52,566 nt of DNA from the IMG/VR virus record IMGVR_UViG_3300048588_000115, positions 1-52,566 of that record. The stretch is one strand, 5' to 3'. The position numbers were made by a program, and so were the translations under genes. A model generated the notes under the pieces. The model was not told the DNA's origin, searched no databases, and saw only the letters and a program-made list of their open reading frames with translations. Positions 26,723-36,517 of this stretch are shown one piece after another; the stretch's first letter is position 1, and every line of letters begins with the position of its first letter. The stretch comes from a virus.

Positions 26723-27990
26723 TAGTCACCCCAATCAAATAAGTCTTTATAGAAGTCAGACCCTTTAAAGTCCTTCCAGATATCGCTACCAATACCTTTA
26801 ATCGCATCACCAAATATACTGGATAGCCCAGAATCTTCACCAAGCTTAAGACCAGCTTGTAATTGTGAGGTTAATCCTGAATTACTCTTATCCATAAGCG
26901 CAGTCATAGTCGTAAGATTCTTAGTCATTTGATCAGCTAGCTTTGCTTGTAGTTCAACTTCACGTGGGCCATACTGGCTACGACGACCAGACGCCGCATC
27001 ACGCCGATCAAGCTCTTGTCGAAGCTGCTTCGCATAGGCGGAATCTGGACCAAACTGACTAGCTAACGAGTCATATAAACCTTTGGCTGACTCTTGCTGA
27101 CGATTACCTTGATATATCTGTGCAATATTTTGAAGTAATGAGCCTAGATCAAACCCACCGCTACCACCGCTATTCTTATTACCACCCACTAAATTTTTAA
27201 CAATTGACTGCCCTGTGTTGCTTTTCGCAATATCACCAAGTAAAGCGCTTAATCCTGTTCCTGCACCACCAGCAGTTGCTAATGCTCCACCAAGTATTCC
27301 ACCACCCTCAGCAAGTGCCCCAGTTGTTGGGACAAGGCCCGCGCCTGCGCTTGTAAGTGATGTCGAGCCAATTGCGCCAGATGTGCCAAAAGATCCACCA
27401 GATAGTGCATATGGGCTTCCAGCGGCCGTACCAGCGCCACCAGCAAGTCCATTGCCTGCAAGCTCTAATCCACCAAACTCACCTGGCATAACAGCCGTAG
27501 AACCAACACCACCACTACCACCGAGTGCACTTGCACCACCAGCGACAGCTAGTTGCAGTGCAATGCCTTTCATAACTTCAGTAAGAGTTTCTTTTGCTGG
27601 ATCATAGGAATAAGGTGAAGAGTTTGAAACAATATTCCCACTTGCATCACGCAATAGATTTATACGCCCATCATCCATTCCAGCATAACCAGTTCGTGAG
27701 CGTGTAAATCCTTTAAGTGCATCTTCGAGTGTAGCACCAAACTTTTTAGAATTATCTGAGAATTGAAAGTCACCCAATGCCTCAGAGTTCCAACCGAGGC
27801 TAGCACCGCGTTCTTTCATATAATTATCAAATCCGCCAGTGCCTCCAACTGCATCGAATAGTGTTGAGTTATTACCAACAAAATTACGATACATATCAGA
27901 GGTCTTTTGATTTACATCACCAAAAGCATTATAAGATGCAAAGTCTTTGCCAAGACTATTTGGATCGTAATTATATTGTGCCATATTCAT
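26722..27990 (-). CDS. Gly/Ala-rich internal virion protein, hypothetical
   Basis: 422-codon ORF with a long G/A/S/T-rich central tract (GGASALGGSGGVGSTA...). Confidence 0.45.
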   Translation of the reverse strand: MNMAQYNYDPNSLGKDFASYNAFGDVNQKTSDMYRNFVGNNSTLFDAVGGTGGFDNYMKERGASLGWNSEALGDFQFSDNSKKFGATLEDALKGFTRSRTGYAGMDDGRINLLRDASGNIVSNSSPYSYDPAKETLTEVMKGIALQLAVAGGASALGGSGGVGSTAVMPGEFGGLELAGNGLAGGAGTAAGSPYALSGGSFGTSGAIGSTSLTSAGAGLVPTTGALAEGGGILGGALATAGGAGTGLSALLGDIAKSNTGQSIVKNLVGGNKNSGGSGGFDLGSLLQNIAQIYQGNRQQESAKGLYDSLASQFGPDSAYAKQLRQELDRRDAASGRRSQYGPREVELQAKLADQMTKNLTTMTALMDKSNSGLTSQLQAGLKLGEDSGLSSIFGDAIKGIGSDIWKDFKGSDFYKDLFDWGD

Positions 27991-27997
27991 TTATTCC

Positions 27998-28744
27998 TTA
28001 ATTTTCTTGAACAGCATACAGCGTCACCGTACCAGTTCCAACAATAGTAACGCCACCAGAATCTGTCGCAATTTCAGCAGTAATAACACCTGTGGCTTCA
28101 CCTGAAGATGTGCTAATAGATAGTGATCTAGCCGAGTTTAATTGTAACCATGAACCAAATGTACCAGAGATTGTTGCCCCGGCTTCACTTACTTTTGTAA
28201 ATCTAATCCAATGTGTGTCACCAATAGAAGCAGTTGTTGGATTATACCAATTCCCATTTCCAATATAGCTCCCACCATTAACTCGGCGATCTTTAGTACC
28301 ATCATTATTATAGCGTACTTCAGCGGATGCTGTACCAGCCCCTAAAAATAGGGCAGAAGCACCACTAGATACATTATATGTATCCGGTGATAGGCTTTCC
28401 GATGATTGCTCTTGTGCTGCTACAGCTAGTGCTTGTGCTAAATCCGCCGCAGTCTGCGCAGTTTCTGCGGCAGTCTGTGCTGTTTCCGCCGCAGTCTGTG
28501 CTGTTTCTGCGGCAGTCGACGCAGTTTCTGCGACAGTCTGTGCTGTTTCCGCCGCAGTCTGTGCTAAATCTGCTGCGTCTTGCGCATCTTGTGCCGCAGT
28601 GGCAGCACTAGCAGCAACTGTATTTACTTCTAGTAATAACTCGTTTAAATAATCAACTACAACAGTGATTTGATTATACCAATCGATCCAGACATAACTA
28701 TTTGGATCGGCTCCGATTGGTGGTGATGGAATTAATTGTGCCAT
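27998..28744 (-). CDS. tail fibre / needle-like protein with heptad repeats
   Basis: AETAQTA heptads (coiled-coil-like) followed by a beta-rich C-terminal domain. Confidence 0.5.
   Translation of the reverse strand: MAQLIPSPPIGADPNSYVWIDWYNQITVVVDYLNELLLEVNTVAASAATAAQDAQDAADLAQTAAETAQTVAETASTAAETAQTAAETAQTAAETAQTAADLAQALAVAAQEQSSESLSPDTYNVSSGASALFLGAGTASAEVRYNNDGTKDRRVNGGSYIGNGNWYNPTTASIGDTHWIRFTKVSEAGATISGTFGSWLQLNSARSLSISTSSGEATGVITAEIATDSGGVTIVGTGTVTLYAVQEN
28440..28570 (-). repeat. about six 21-nt tandem coding repeats (AETAQTA heptads)
   Basis: gcagtctgtgctgtttccgcc-type units are visible by eye, in frame within 27998..28744. Confidence 0.8.
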
Positions 28745-30252
28745 TATATTTGTGCAATATTTAAGTTCAGATAAAATCCTTTAAGCCAGAATGGATAATT
28801 ATCGGCATATTCAAATCTAAAACTTCGTTTCCTAAAGCGACCAAGACGATATATTTGTGGTGAGATACTGAATACATTAATTGTGCGTGTGGCTCCACTA
28901 GCCGTCGACCAATCCTTATCGCTCCATGTAATCGTTAAATTACTTGTACCAGTCACTTCTTCTTGGCTACAATCCAGAGTCAATCTATTGCATATTTTCC
29001 AATTAATAGTCTCAGCATCGATTAATTCTGTTGTGTAACGACACGTAAAGTTAACACCAAAATCTTGATATAATGAAGATGATAATAATGACACATACGT
29101 TTGGTTGTTAATTGCAAGATACATCGAACCATTTTGCATCAACCAGGCACCTTCAATGGCTAGTGCTGTTCCACTAGAATTGCGCCATTCATACCATTCT
29201 TTTAATTCGATATCATAAATCCAAGTAGCACCGGTGATTGCTAGCACATAAAATGTGTGCCCATCAATCGAGATATGATAGCCGGCAGTATTTAAACTTG
29301 CACGAGATTTGGCATTATCAGTTGAGACATATGTTTGTATTGTTCGCTCAATGGCTGGATTTGATACTTTTTTGACTTCAAATTGATCGATAGTGTATAC
29401 ACCAACATTGTGTTTTTCATCCTGACCAACAAAGTAAGTAATATCACCTATTGTTACCAAACCGGTAATATATCCAACTTGTCGTACAGCCGACGCATTT
29501 CGTTGTAGTGGACTACCAGATGCAATACCAGCGTCATAAAAATATTCAACGCTAGACACACCTAATACTACGATATAGTTTCTCATTTTAACAAGACGTT
29601 TCGCATAATCTGGGTGGATCTCAGCATTAATAAAATCACCAGCAGTCCATGCTGTAGGATCATTTAAATTGCTATTATAAATATCCCCAGTATTAGCATC
29701 AATTAAAAATACATATCCGTCGACATAAACAGGTGACGGTTCATGTGGTGTGGGCATATCTGCATCTGTTACTCGTGCACAAGATGTTGCCACATAATCA
29801 TCTACCCATAAATCAGTGCCGTCAGAAATAAGAATATAGCGATCACTACTAACAGAGTCAAGAAAACTACAAAACCCGACGAGCCCAGACGATGTGTTTA
29901 ATGTTGCAACTGTTCTAATAGAAGTACCAGAATCTGGTTTTACGCTATACAACTTATTACCTACAGCCCAGTAAAATGCATTTTGGTCTACATCATAATA
30001 CGTGCCACGTAGTACATCTGAACTACTCGCTTTTGTTAAATTATAGGCTGTTGCGCGTAAACCAGGACGCTTCTTTAATCGCTTTAGTGCAACACGATTT
30101 TGGCTGTCTTGAATTGAAACATCGTAGTACATGTTAACAATTTGAAGATCACGCTCATCTGTTAAATCACCATTACGTGTATTAACACGACCATCAACCG
30201 AAATTGGTATCGTTTTATAAGTACTAATTTGTGGTGATTGTGTATAAGCCAT
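28744..30252 (-). CDS. tail tubular protein B / nozzle-like structural protein
   Basis: 502-aa beta-rich ORF directly after the adaptor-like gene. The call rests on synteny and size only. Confidence 0.4.
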   Translation of the reverse strand: MAYTQSPQISTYKTIPISVDGRVNTRNGDLTDERDLQIVNMYYDVSIQDSQNRVALKRLKKRPGLRATAYNLTKASSSDVLRGTYYDVDQNAFYWAVGNKLYSVKPDSGTSIRTVATLNTSSGLVGFCSFLDSVSSDRYILISDGTDLWVDDYVATSCARVTDADMPTPHEPSPVYVDGYVFLIDANTGDIYNSNLNDPTAWTAGDFINAEIHPDYAKRLVKMRNYIVVLGVSSVEYFYDAGIASGSPLQRNASAVRQVGYITGLVTIGDITYFVGQDEKHNVGVYTIDQFEVKKVSNPAIERTIQTYVSTDNAKSRASLNTAGYHISIDGHTFYVLAITGATWIYDIELKEWYEWRNSSGTALAIEGAWLMQNGSMYLAINNQTYVSLLSSSLYQDFGVNFTCRYTTELIDAETINWKICNRLTLDCSQEEVTGTSNLTITWSDKDWSTASGATRTINVFSISPQIYRLGRFRKRSFRFEYADNYPFWLKGFYLNLNIAQI

Positions 30253-30255
30253 TTA

Positions 30256-30390
30256 TTAAACTAGTTGAATAGATCCATTACCAATAATGGGCACACGTAC
30301 AGATGTAACGGTTGCAGCAGGAGTAATTCGTAAGGAAACATCAGTGGTAGCATCAATTACAGTACCGGCAATAAAATTAGTTGACGCCAT
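30256..30390 (-). CDS. hypothetical small protein (44 aa)
   Basis: Hand-translated: MASTNFIAGTVIDATTDVSLRITPAATVTSVRVPIIGNGSIQLV. GAGG RBS, and TAATAAATG junction with the next gene. Confidence 0.45.
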   Translation of the reverse strand: MASTNFIAGTVIDATTDVSLRITPAATVTSVRVPIIGNGSIQLV

Positions 30391-30391
30391 A

Positions 30392-31090
30392 TTAACCTCT
30401 CATTTTTGTATATGGCTGAATGAATAATGATCCTTCTTCATCACCATATGATGATGCTAAAGCCCAGTATTCTTTAGCTTCTTGCTTTAAGTCTTGACGA
30501 TCTTGGATTGGCATTCCAACTTCTGGGGCAAGTGCGACAGCCGTTTTATAAACAATTGCGCTAGTCCAATACGATGGGAAATCAAGTGTGTCAGTAGTTG
30601 TAGTTGTAAATCCATCAAATTTTTTCTGATAGACAACAACTATACTTTTAGTAGCCACTGTACCACTATCACTTAACATCGGCCAAATTCGTAATGTACC
30701 ACCAGTTATTGTAGGTTCAAACACCCAGTTCACAGGAATACCACTTGTATTATTTGGTAGACGATAATAGTCATATAATGACTTAACTTCTAGTTCATAC
30801 TGCACACCGCTAAGTGTGTCACGCAAAAAGACACCAGAAACTTTAACGGCGTTTGCTAACGTATAATTTTGTGATGTCGTTGACGGAGTTACCGTGGTCG
30901 TTGTTCTTTTCCATAATGGCATACCATCAGTTACTGCTAGCGCAATAACGCTGTTTAATGCAGTCGCTCCATCGGTATACTGGTCGGTGGATAATGTATT
31001 TCCATCACCTGGCAAACCTAGTTTGCGATAGGCTGTTTCAATCAACTCATTACGAGTTAGTTCCCAAGAAGTATTAGCAGATGTAGTCAT
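30392..31090 (-). CDS. head-tail adaptor / tail tubular protein A-like
   Basis: 232 aa. The N-terminus ELTRNELIETAYRKLGL...LNSVIALAVTDGMPLW resembles podovirus adaptor/tubular-A proteins. The call rests on recollection and synteny. Confidence 0.4.
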   Translation of the reverse strand: MTTSANTSWELTRNELIETAYRKLGLPGDGNTLSTDQYTDGATALNSVIALAVTDGMPLWKRTTTTVTPSTTSQNYTLANAVKVSGVFLRDTLSGVQYELEVKSLYDYYRLPNNTSGIPVNWVFEPTITGGTLRIWPMLSDSGTVATKSIVVVYQKKFDGFTTTTTDTLDFPSYWTSAIVYKTAVALAPEVGMPIQDRQDLKQEAKEYWALASSYGDEEGSLFIQPYTKMRG

Positions 31091-32763
31091 TATGCGCTCA
31101 GTACAATATGGCCGTCAAACCAAACAGTAAGTCTAACATCACTTAGTGCAAAAGATGTAAATACACGGCAACGTAAATTACCAGAGTCTTCTTCAATAAA
31201 CGTGTCGATAGAAGATGGTGAAATATCAAAAATAGAACTTACTGTAGTAGTTGCTCCATCAAAAGTTACTTCACTACGAATAGAAGCATAACGTGGGTTT
31301 GTGGCACTGTTTAAATATGTTGAAGCAAAGCCGTGAACACGACTATTCGCAGCTAAAGGAAATAGAATGTGGTTTACAGTTTCGTTTAATGCATAACTTC
31401 TATTTGCATACTCAAATACTGGTGATACAAGTACAACAGGAAAAGCAGTAGTAGCTGTAGCATTTGTAGTACAATTGACAAATCTGTGACGCACAAACGT
31501 ACCACCGTTAATAGTTTCTACACCAATGTCGCAGGTGTCAGAAACGTTGTTTTGCAGGTGGTGTGAAGTCGCACCACGCCAAGTGTATCCTTTAGCGCAG
31601 TTAATTGACAGGTTATTACTAACTGTAACAGCAGCACCGTTATTAGTTTCTCCAGCAAAGCCAGAATCAAAATTACTTACAATATTACTGGTAATTGTTA
31701 GGCGGCTGCCAGCTAGTTCTGGTGAAATATTATTAATAATCCACACACCAAACGTTGTTGCTGTTTTTGCAGTACCGTTTTGATGAATTGTGTTAGAAGA
31801 AACAACAATGTTTTCTGGGTTTGTCATAGAACCAGTTACGTTGTTCTCTAAGAAAGCAATTCCGGCGCCATTAGCGACAATGGCGCACTTAATGTTGTTT
31901 TGTGCACATACACCACGCAAGCAGGTTTCTTCCATATGAATTGCCTCGCGCACTGTACCTTCAAAAGTATTCTCAGTAACAGAGAAGTCTTTTACACTCG
32001 CAAGTGCTACATAAATAGAATCAACACCAGCAGCATTACCAGCATGGTTTTTAAAGTGGCAACCGTGTACTTTAACAAAAGATATTTCCCCAAGTGGGGA
32101 ATTAAATGATAAATCTTCACGGAAGTTTCCATCAAAAATACACTTAACATAGTTAATATTTTTTTGAGTACTGGTAGACCCGTTTTGTTTTAAAAATGGG
32201 AAGTGCAGTCTAGTAAAAATACTATTTTCAAATACGATATTTTCGTTGCTTCCAGTAGTAGGAATTAGTAAACCATATGATGTAAAATTAAAGCTACCAG
32301 AATGTACTACTTGACCATCAATTTTAACACGACTACCATAAAGATTATTTCCACCAACACGAATCGCGGCTGCTGATTGTCCTGCTACTGGCTCAACTTT
32401 AATCGTTAAGTTTTCAATATTTAAGTCCGCAGTTACGTTAATACCATTAAAATAAGTCGCGGTGCCTTTTAAAACAATAATAGTCTTATCAATGCCAGCA
32501 CCAACAATATTACAACTTGAGGCAATACTTAATAACGTAGCAGCAGAACTTGTAACTAAATATGTACCTGCTGGAATTACTAGAGTTTTACCAGCGGCGG
32601 CAATAATAGCGTTCTGTAACGCCAAAGTATCATTGGTAACACCGTCCCCTACAGCGCCAAATGTAGGCCACTTTAGATTTACTGTAGTAAACGTCGACTC
32701 GTTAACCTCATTAAGCCACCCAGGTAAAATCACTGTTCCATTAGAAAAAGTAGTATCACTCAT
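31090..32763 (-). CDS. tailspike / depolymerase, pectate-lyase-3-type right-handed beta-helix
   Basis: FGAVGDGVTNDTLALQNAIIAAAGKTLVIPAGTYLV is the signature, followed by N/G/V/T-rich beta-helix repeats. Backbone GC content. Confidence 0.65.
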   Translation of the reverse strand: MSDTTFSNGTVILPGWLNEVNESTFTTVNLKWPTFGAVGDGVTNDTLALQNAIIAAAGKTLVIPAGTYLVTSSAATLLSIASSCNIVGAGIDKTIIVLKGTATYFNGINVTADLNIENLTIKVEPVAGQSAAAIRVGGNNLYGSRVKIDGQVVHSGSFNFTSYGLLIPTTGSNENIVFENSIFTRLHFPFLKQNGSTSTQKNINYVKCIFDGNFREDLSFNSPLGEISFVKVHGCHFKNHAGNAAGVDSIYVALASVKDFSVTENTFEGTVREAIHMEETCLRGVCAQNNIKCAIVANGAGIAFLENNVTGSMTNPENIVVSSNTIHQNGTAKTATTFGVWIINNISPELAGSRLTITSNIVSNFDSGFAGETNNGAAVTVSNNLSINCAKGYTWRGATSHHLQNNVSDTCDIGVETINGGTFVRHRFVNCTTNATATTAFPVVLVSPVFEYANRSYALNETVNHILFPLAANSRVHGFASTYLNSATNPRYASIRSEVTFDGATTTVSSIFDISPSSIDTFIEEDSGNLRCRVFTSFALSDVRLTVWFDGHIVLSA

Positions 32764-32771
32764 TTTAAACC

Positions 32772-33110
32772 TTATAATTGATGGTTATTTCTTAACACAG
32801 AATATGGAACACTAACGTTTCCGGCTTGTGCACATCCTGCTGCGGCAAGTCCGGCATAACCGCTTTTAGTATCTAAAAAACAAATTTCTACAAAGGTGTC
32901 TTGTGGTTCATGCCGAATAAATGGAACTTGTTTTGGATCAGATTGGACGCGCAAGTATTTTTGTGGATGGTCAGCTTCCCAATCATTTTGGCAAACAATA
33001 AGACCATCCCATCTTTTTCTTACTTCATCAGATTTATAACGAACACCGCAGACATCACAGATAATATTCCATGAGCCGTGTTTGAAGTAATTATTACTTG
33101 CGTAACTCAT
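32772..33110 (-). CDS. hypothetical Cys-rich (zinc-ribbon-like) protein
   Basis: CDVCGVRY...GLIVCQNDWE. Confidence 0.5.
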   Translation of the reverse strand: MSYASNNYFKHGSWNIICDVCGVRYKSDEVRKRWDGLIVCQNDWEADHPQKYLRVQSDPKQVPFIRHEPQDTFVEICFLDTKSGYAGLAAAGCAQAGNVSVPYSVLRNNHQL

Positions 33111-33342
33111 TTAGCTGTGTAGTCCAATTAATTTCCATCTTATCAAGGCGTGTCCATAGTTCGTCTTTGAATTCACGGAAGTCTTCCTTTTTAAAGTAAG
33201 TATCTTTTACTTTATCCAGTTCGGTTTTATGTTCTTTAACTTGCTCTTTAAGGTCGCTATATGTTTGCTTCATAAACCATATTACTCCACCAAGTAAAAG
33301 ATTAATTACTACACCACCGATTGTCACTAATGAGGCATCCAT
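33094..33342 (-). CDS. membrane-anchored coiled-coil protein (holin- or spanin-like?)
   Basis: N-terminal TM segment VTIGGVVINLLLGGVIWF, then a charged helical region. Confidence 0.45.
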   Translation of the reverse strand: MDASLVTIGGVVINLLLGGVIWFMKQTYSDLKEQVKEHKTELDKVKDTYFKKEDFREFKDELWTRLDKMEINWTTQLNELRK

Positions 33343-34538
33343 TATATACTAATTCCAATTTGTAGACTAATTGTGTTACCATTATAATTTATTGTAGCAG
33401 GTTCTCCACTCCAACGCAATGTGGCATTACGCCCACTTAATGTGTATATTCCACGTTCCGCTGTTAATGCATAACTACCCGGAACACTATGAACAAATGT
33501 TACATCTTGCCCCGTTAGTGTGTATGTGCCGGTAAGAGCAATACGACCTAAGCTATAATATGCTTGTTGTCCACTAATACTATATGAACCACTATCGGCT
33601 GTGAGTGTGGAAACACCAGATGTGGTCGTGAACTGCGCCGACGTAACGATGTTGGAATCGTTCGCTGCCGCGTCCGTGTGGATCAGGTGCGCGTAGTAGC
33701 CGGTGCTCGCTGTCAGGCCGGTGGCGTTGAGCGTCTTGGCGCCCGTGCTGCTGACGGCCACAGAATCAGCCCACACGGCGCCCGTGCCGGCCTTCAGGTC
33801 CGTCGCGCTCGGCGGCGTGGCCGAGGTGCTGACGAAGGCGTACAGCGTGCCGTTGCCTTCGTCCGTCGTCGCTCCGACCGTCGCCGTCGTGCTGCCGGTG
33901 GCTGTGCCGGTGGGGCTGCTCAGGACGGGGGCGGTGGTGTCGCCGCCGCCAAGCGTCTCGGCTAGGAAATTGTCGTAGTGATATCCAGTGGTGTTGGTCG
34001 ACGCGGCGTTGTCCCGCAAGCCAGCCTTGCCAGCGGCGGTGATGGCTGAATCGGTGGCGCTGATCGCGGCCGACCCCTCGCCGAGCTTGTATAGCTCGAT
34101 GGCGCTGCCGTTGACTCGCAATTCCACAGCGTAACTGGTGCTCGTCGAGACGGTCTGTGCAACGTTCGAGCCCAATTGGGTATAGGTGCCCGCGACTCGC
34201 TTGTAGAGCTGCCAGTTAGCGCTGCTTCCAGACGAGAACGCAAGCCTGGCTTCGTAGTAAGTCAGCGCGCTTGTGTCCATGCGGGCGCACACCCCGGGGG
34301 CGTTTCCGCTGACGCCAGCGCCTGCCACGTAGATGTCTGCCTTGACAGAGTAGTCAGCGCTCGGTGGCGTCTCTGCCCGGTAGATCACGCAGTTGGTGCC
34401 GTTGCCGCGTGCGCGCTCGTCATTGGTGATGCGGAACCCGTTGCCGGCGCCCGGATGATTTACCCAGTTCGCGTCATGGTCCGGCAGGGTGTCTCCATCG
34501 GAACTTCCAGCGAATGCATCGGCGGCAATGACTGTCAT
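33342..34538 (-). CDS. chimeric structural / receptor-binding-like protein (GC-rich 5' part, AT-rich 3' part)
   Basis: 398-codon ORF. It has a T/S/A-rich Ig/Fn3-like middle and C-terminal repeats SGSYSISGQ / TGTYTLTGQ / GIYTLSGR. The composition step is near 33.62-33.66 kb. Confidence 0.5.
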   Translation of the reverse strand: MTVIAADAFAGSSDGDTLPDHDANWVNHPGAGNGFRITNDERARGNGTNCVIYRAETPPSADYSVKADIYVAGAGVSGNAPGVCARMDTSALTYYEARLAFSSGSSANWQLYKRVAGTYTQLGSNVAQTVSTSTSYAVELRVNGSAIELYKLGEGSAAISATDSAITAAGKAGLRDNAASTNTTGYHYDNFLAETLGGGDTTAPVLSSPTGTATGSTTATVGATTDEGNGTLYAFVSTSATPPSATDLKAGTGAVWADSVAVSSTGAKTLNATGLTASTGYYAHLIHTDAAANDSNIVTSAQFTTTSGVSTLTADSGSYSISGQQAYYSLGRIALTGTYTLTGQDVTFVHSVPGSYALTAERGIYTLSGRNATLRWSGEPATINYNGNTISLQIGISI

Positions 34539-35785
34539 TTTGTTCCCCGGATCGCTGTGGAGTACGACTCATACGACGAGTACACGCCAGCCCACCACAG
34601 GGCGCGCGTGCCACCGCTTACGCCACCATCAACGCCAATGGGCCGACAGTTGCGCATGCTTGACGCGCCGCCGCTGGTGACGTCGCGCAGTTTCGACCAC
34701 GACGATCCGCCGTCAGCCGTTGACCATTCGCTGAGTTCCCACGCACCGCCGGCCTGTTGGATGCTGGCGAACGCTTTGGCCGGATCGCCTCGATCCAGAG
34801 CCCCGCCGCCGGAGTAATAGGACTCCGATGAGTACAACCTCCCACCCATCGCGCACACTTCCGACGTTGACCACGAGCCGCTGACACACTTTGCGTAGCG
34901 CAGACGGTGGTCTGTCGTGGCGTTTGGAAATGTCGAATACAGCGCGTGGATCACGCCGTCCTTCACGAGCAGATCCCATACCCACGAGCGGTTCGCGCCT
35001 CCGGTGTGCACGAGCGTCGCATCTGCCGGCGTGATTGGACCGCTTCCAATGAGCGTGCCGTCGCTCTTGTAGAACAGCTCTGCGCCCGAGCCGTCAAGTT
35101 GCATGTAGACGTGGTAGACCGATGAATTCCCCTGGTTGGGATGCATATCGGTGAAGAACAGGTCGATCCTGTTCACGCCGTTGCCAACGCTCTTGACGTA
35201 AGGCCGCGTGCTGGCGTTGTCCAGCCAGGTGCGCTCCGCGTCCCACGTCCCGGCCGTCACGTCATACGCCCGAACGTTGATCGGGTTCGTCCCAACGCCT
35301 CCCGCGCCACTGCGGTAATGCAGGTACACCTTGTCGGTCTGGCTCAAGTAATATGGATTGCTGTACGTCGCAGGCGTCGTCACCGTCAGCGCCGCCGTAG
35401 AGCCCCACGCGCTGATGTCTTCTGCGTTCGTGCTGATGCGGTAGCGAGTGCCGCCCGTGTCGTTGTGCAGCGAGTAGGCTGAGAAAATGCGCCCGTCAGG
35501 CAAGAAGCAGAATCCTCCGTTGTTGTGGTCGTTCTGCTGCGTCAGTGCGTGAATTGTGGCTTCTGCTGTATCCCCGCTGGACTCGACACGCCTTGCCATG
35601 CACACGTTGCCATTGGCCTTGACGTACTGCGCGTATGTTGCGCCGTTGCGGTAGATCGCGCGCCGGTCTGAGAACCACGTCCAGATGCCGTCTGGCGCCA
35701 CCTCGTATTGAGCGGGTGCAGGCGCGTCCCTCCCCGCCCACAGGTCATCAGAATTCCTTACAAATAATGTATAATTATTCGCCAT
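34535..35785 (-). CDS. BNR/Asp-box beta-propeller-like protein (sialidase/lyase-like, depolymerase candidate)
   Basis: Asp-box TADGGSSW and repeated W/Y-rich blades. GC-rich body after an AT-rich first ~13 codons (MANNYTLFVRNSD). ATGA coupling downstream. Confidence 0.45.
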   Translation of the reverse strand: MANNYTLFVRNSDDLWAGRDAPAPAQYEVAPDGIWTWFSDRRAIYRNGATYAQYVKANGNVCMARRVESSGDTAEATIHALTQQNDHNNGGFCFLPDGRIFSAYSLHNDTGGTRYRISTNAEDISAWGSTAALTVTTPATYSNPYYLSQTDKVYLHYRSGAGGVGTNPINVRAYDVTAGTWDAERTWLDNASTRPYVKSVGNGVNRIDLFFTDMHPNQGNSSVYHVYMQLDGSGAELFYKSDGTLIGSGPITPADATLVHTGGANRSWVWDLLVKDGVIHALYSTFPNATTDHRLRYAKCVSGSWSTSEVCAMGGRLYSSESYYSGGGALDRGDPAKAFASIQQAGGAWELSEWSTADGGSSWSKLRDVTSGGASSMRNCRPIGVDGGVSGGTRALWWAGVYSSYESYSTAIRGTK

Positions 35786-36207
35786 TATGCTAGTGTGAAA
35801 ATACCGTTACTTGCATCAAAGTCAACAGAGAAAGATTCCCCATTGGCAAGTGTTAATGAACTAGCATAGTCCCAGAAAGCGATTAGTGGGGATGTGCTAG
35901 CGGTACCAGTATCCTTATATAAAACTGCATAACGGAATGGACCAACAGCACCAGATGCGTTCCATGTGACATCTGTGCCAACTACTTTTGCGGTACCAGA
36001 TGATGTGCTAACAGTAATTGTAGTTGCTGCACCGCCCGCAGTATAGCCATTACCTGCGGATATTTCCGTAATATCGTCAAAGAAGTCATCAGTTGCAGCA
36101 GTGGGGGCGGTATTGGTGAGTGCTACTTTAAATGTATCCGCATCCCAATCGATGCCACTGATGAGTTGTTTTTCTGTGAATGCTTGAAATTTAGTATATG
36201 TTGCCAT
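35785..36207 (-). CDS. hypothetical virion-associated protein
   Basis: 140-codon ORF with TAATG coupling. Confidence 0.5.
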   Translation of the reverse strand: MATYTKFQAFTEKQLISGIDWDADTFKVALTNTAPTAATDDFFDDITEISAGNGYTAGGAATTITVSTSSGTAKVVGTDVTWNASGAVGPFRYAVLYKDTGTASTSPLIAFWDYASSLTLANGESFSVDFDASNGIFTLA

Positions 36208-36218
36208 TATTCAAATCC

Positions 36219-36470
36219 TTAGTATAGTGCTAAAATGTCACTAGCCGAAGTAGCAGCTAATACTTTTGTCACTTGAATTGGTAAAAATTGTCCATTTGCG
36301 ACATTAGCAAATGTAATTGAAGACCCTTGATCTGCCATATCAACTACCACGTCACCCGCAGTCCCAACAAAAAGACCACGAGTAACTTGTAATGTCGTTG
36401 CATCAGATGGGGTCACTGCAACGGCACGTGAAGCTGGTCGCGTTGCGTCTGCATTATGATAGGATGCCAT
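36219..36470 (-). CDS. hypothetical protein
   Basis: 83-codon ORF with GGAG-like RBS context. Confidence 0.5.
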   Translation of the reverse strand: MASYHNADATRPASRAVAVTPSDATTLQVTRGLFVGTAGDVVVDMADQGSSITFANVANGQFLPIQVTKVLAATSASDILALY

Positions 36471-36480
36471 GAAATCTCCA

Positions 36481-36513
36481 ATAAAGAATAAATAGGGGGA
36501 CTTGCACCCCCTG
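36481..36513 (-). terminator. rho-independent terminator after the capsid gene block
   Basis: The minus strand reads GGGGG-TGCAAGT-CCCCC followed by TATTTATTCTTTATT. Confidence 0.7.
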
Positions 36514-36517
36514 TGTA

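Noticed and set aside
33678-34817. Multiple plus-strand ORFs (33678..33965, 33703..33978, 34176..34817, 34489..34680, and others up to 35482) in the GC-rich island
   Set aside because: They are R/A/G/P-rich products typical of spurious antisense frames in high-GC DNA. The minus-strand ORFs are coupled to their neighbours and have protein-like motifs (Asp-box, Ig-like repeats).
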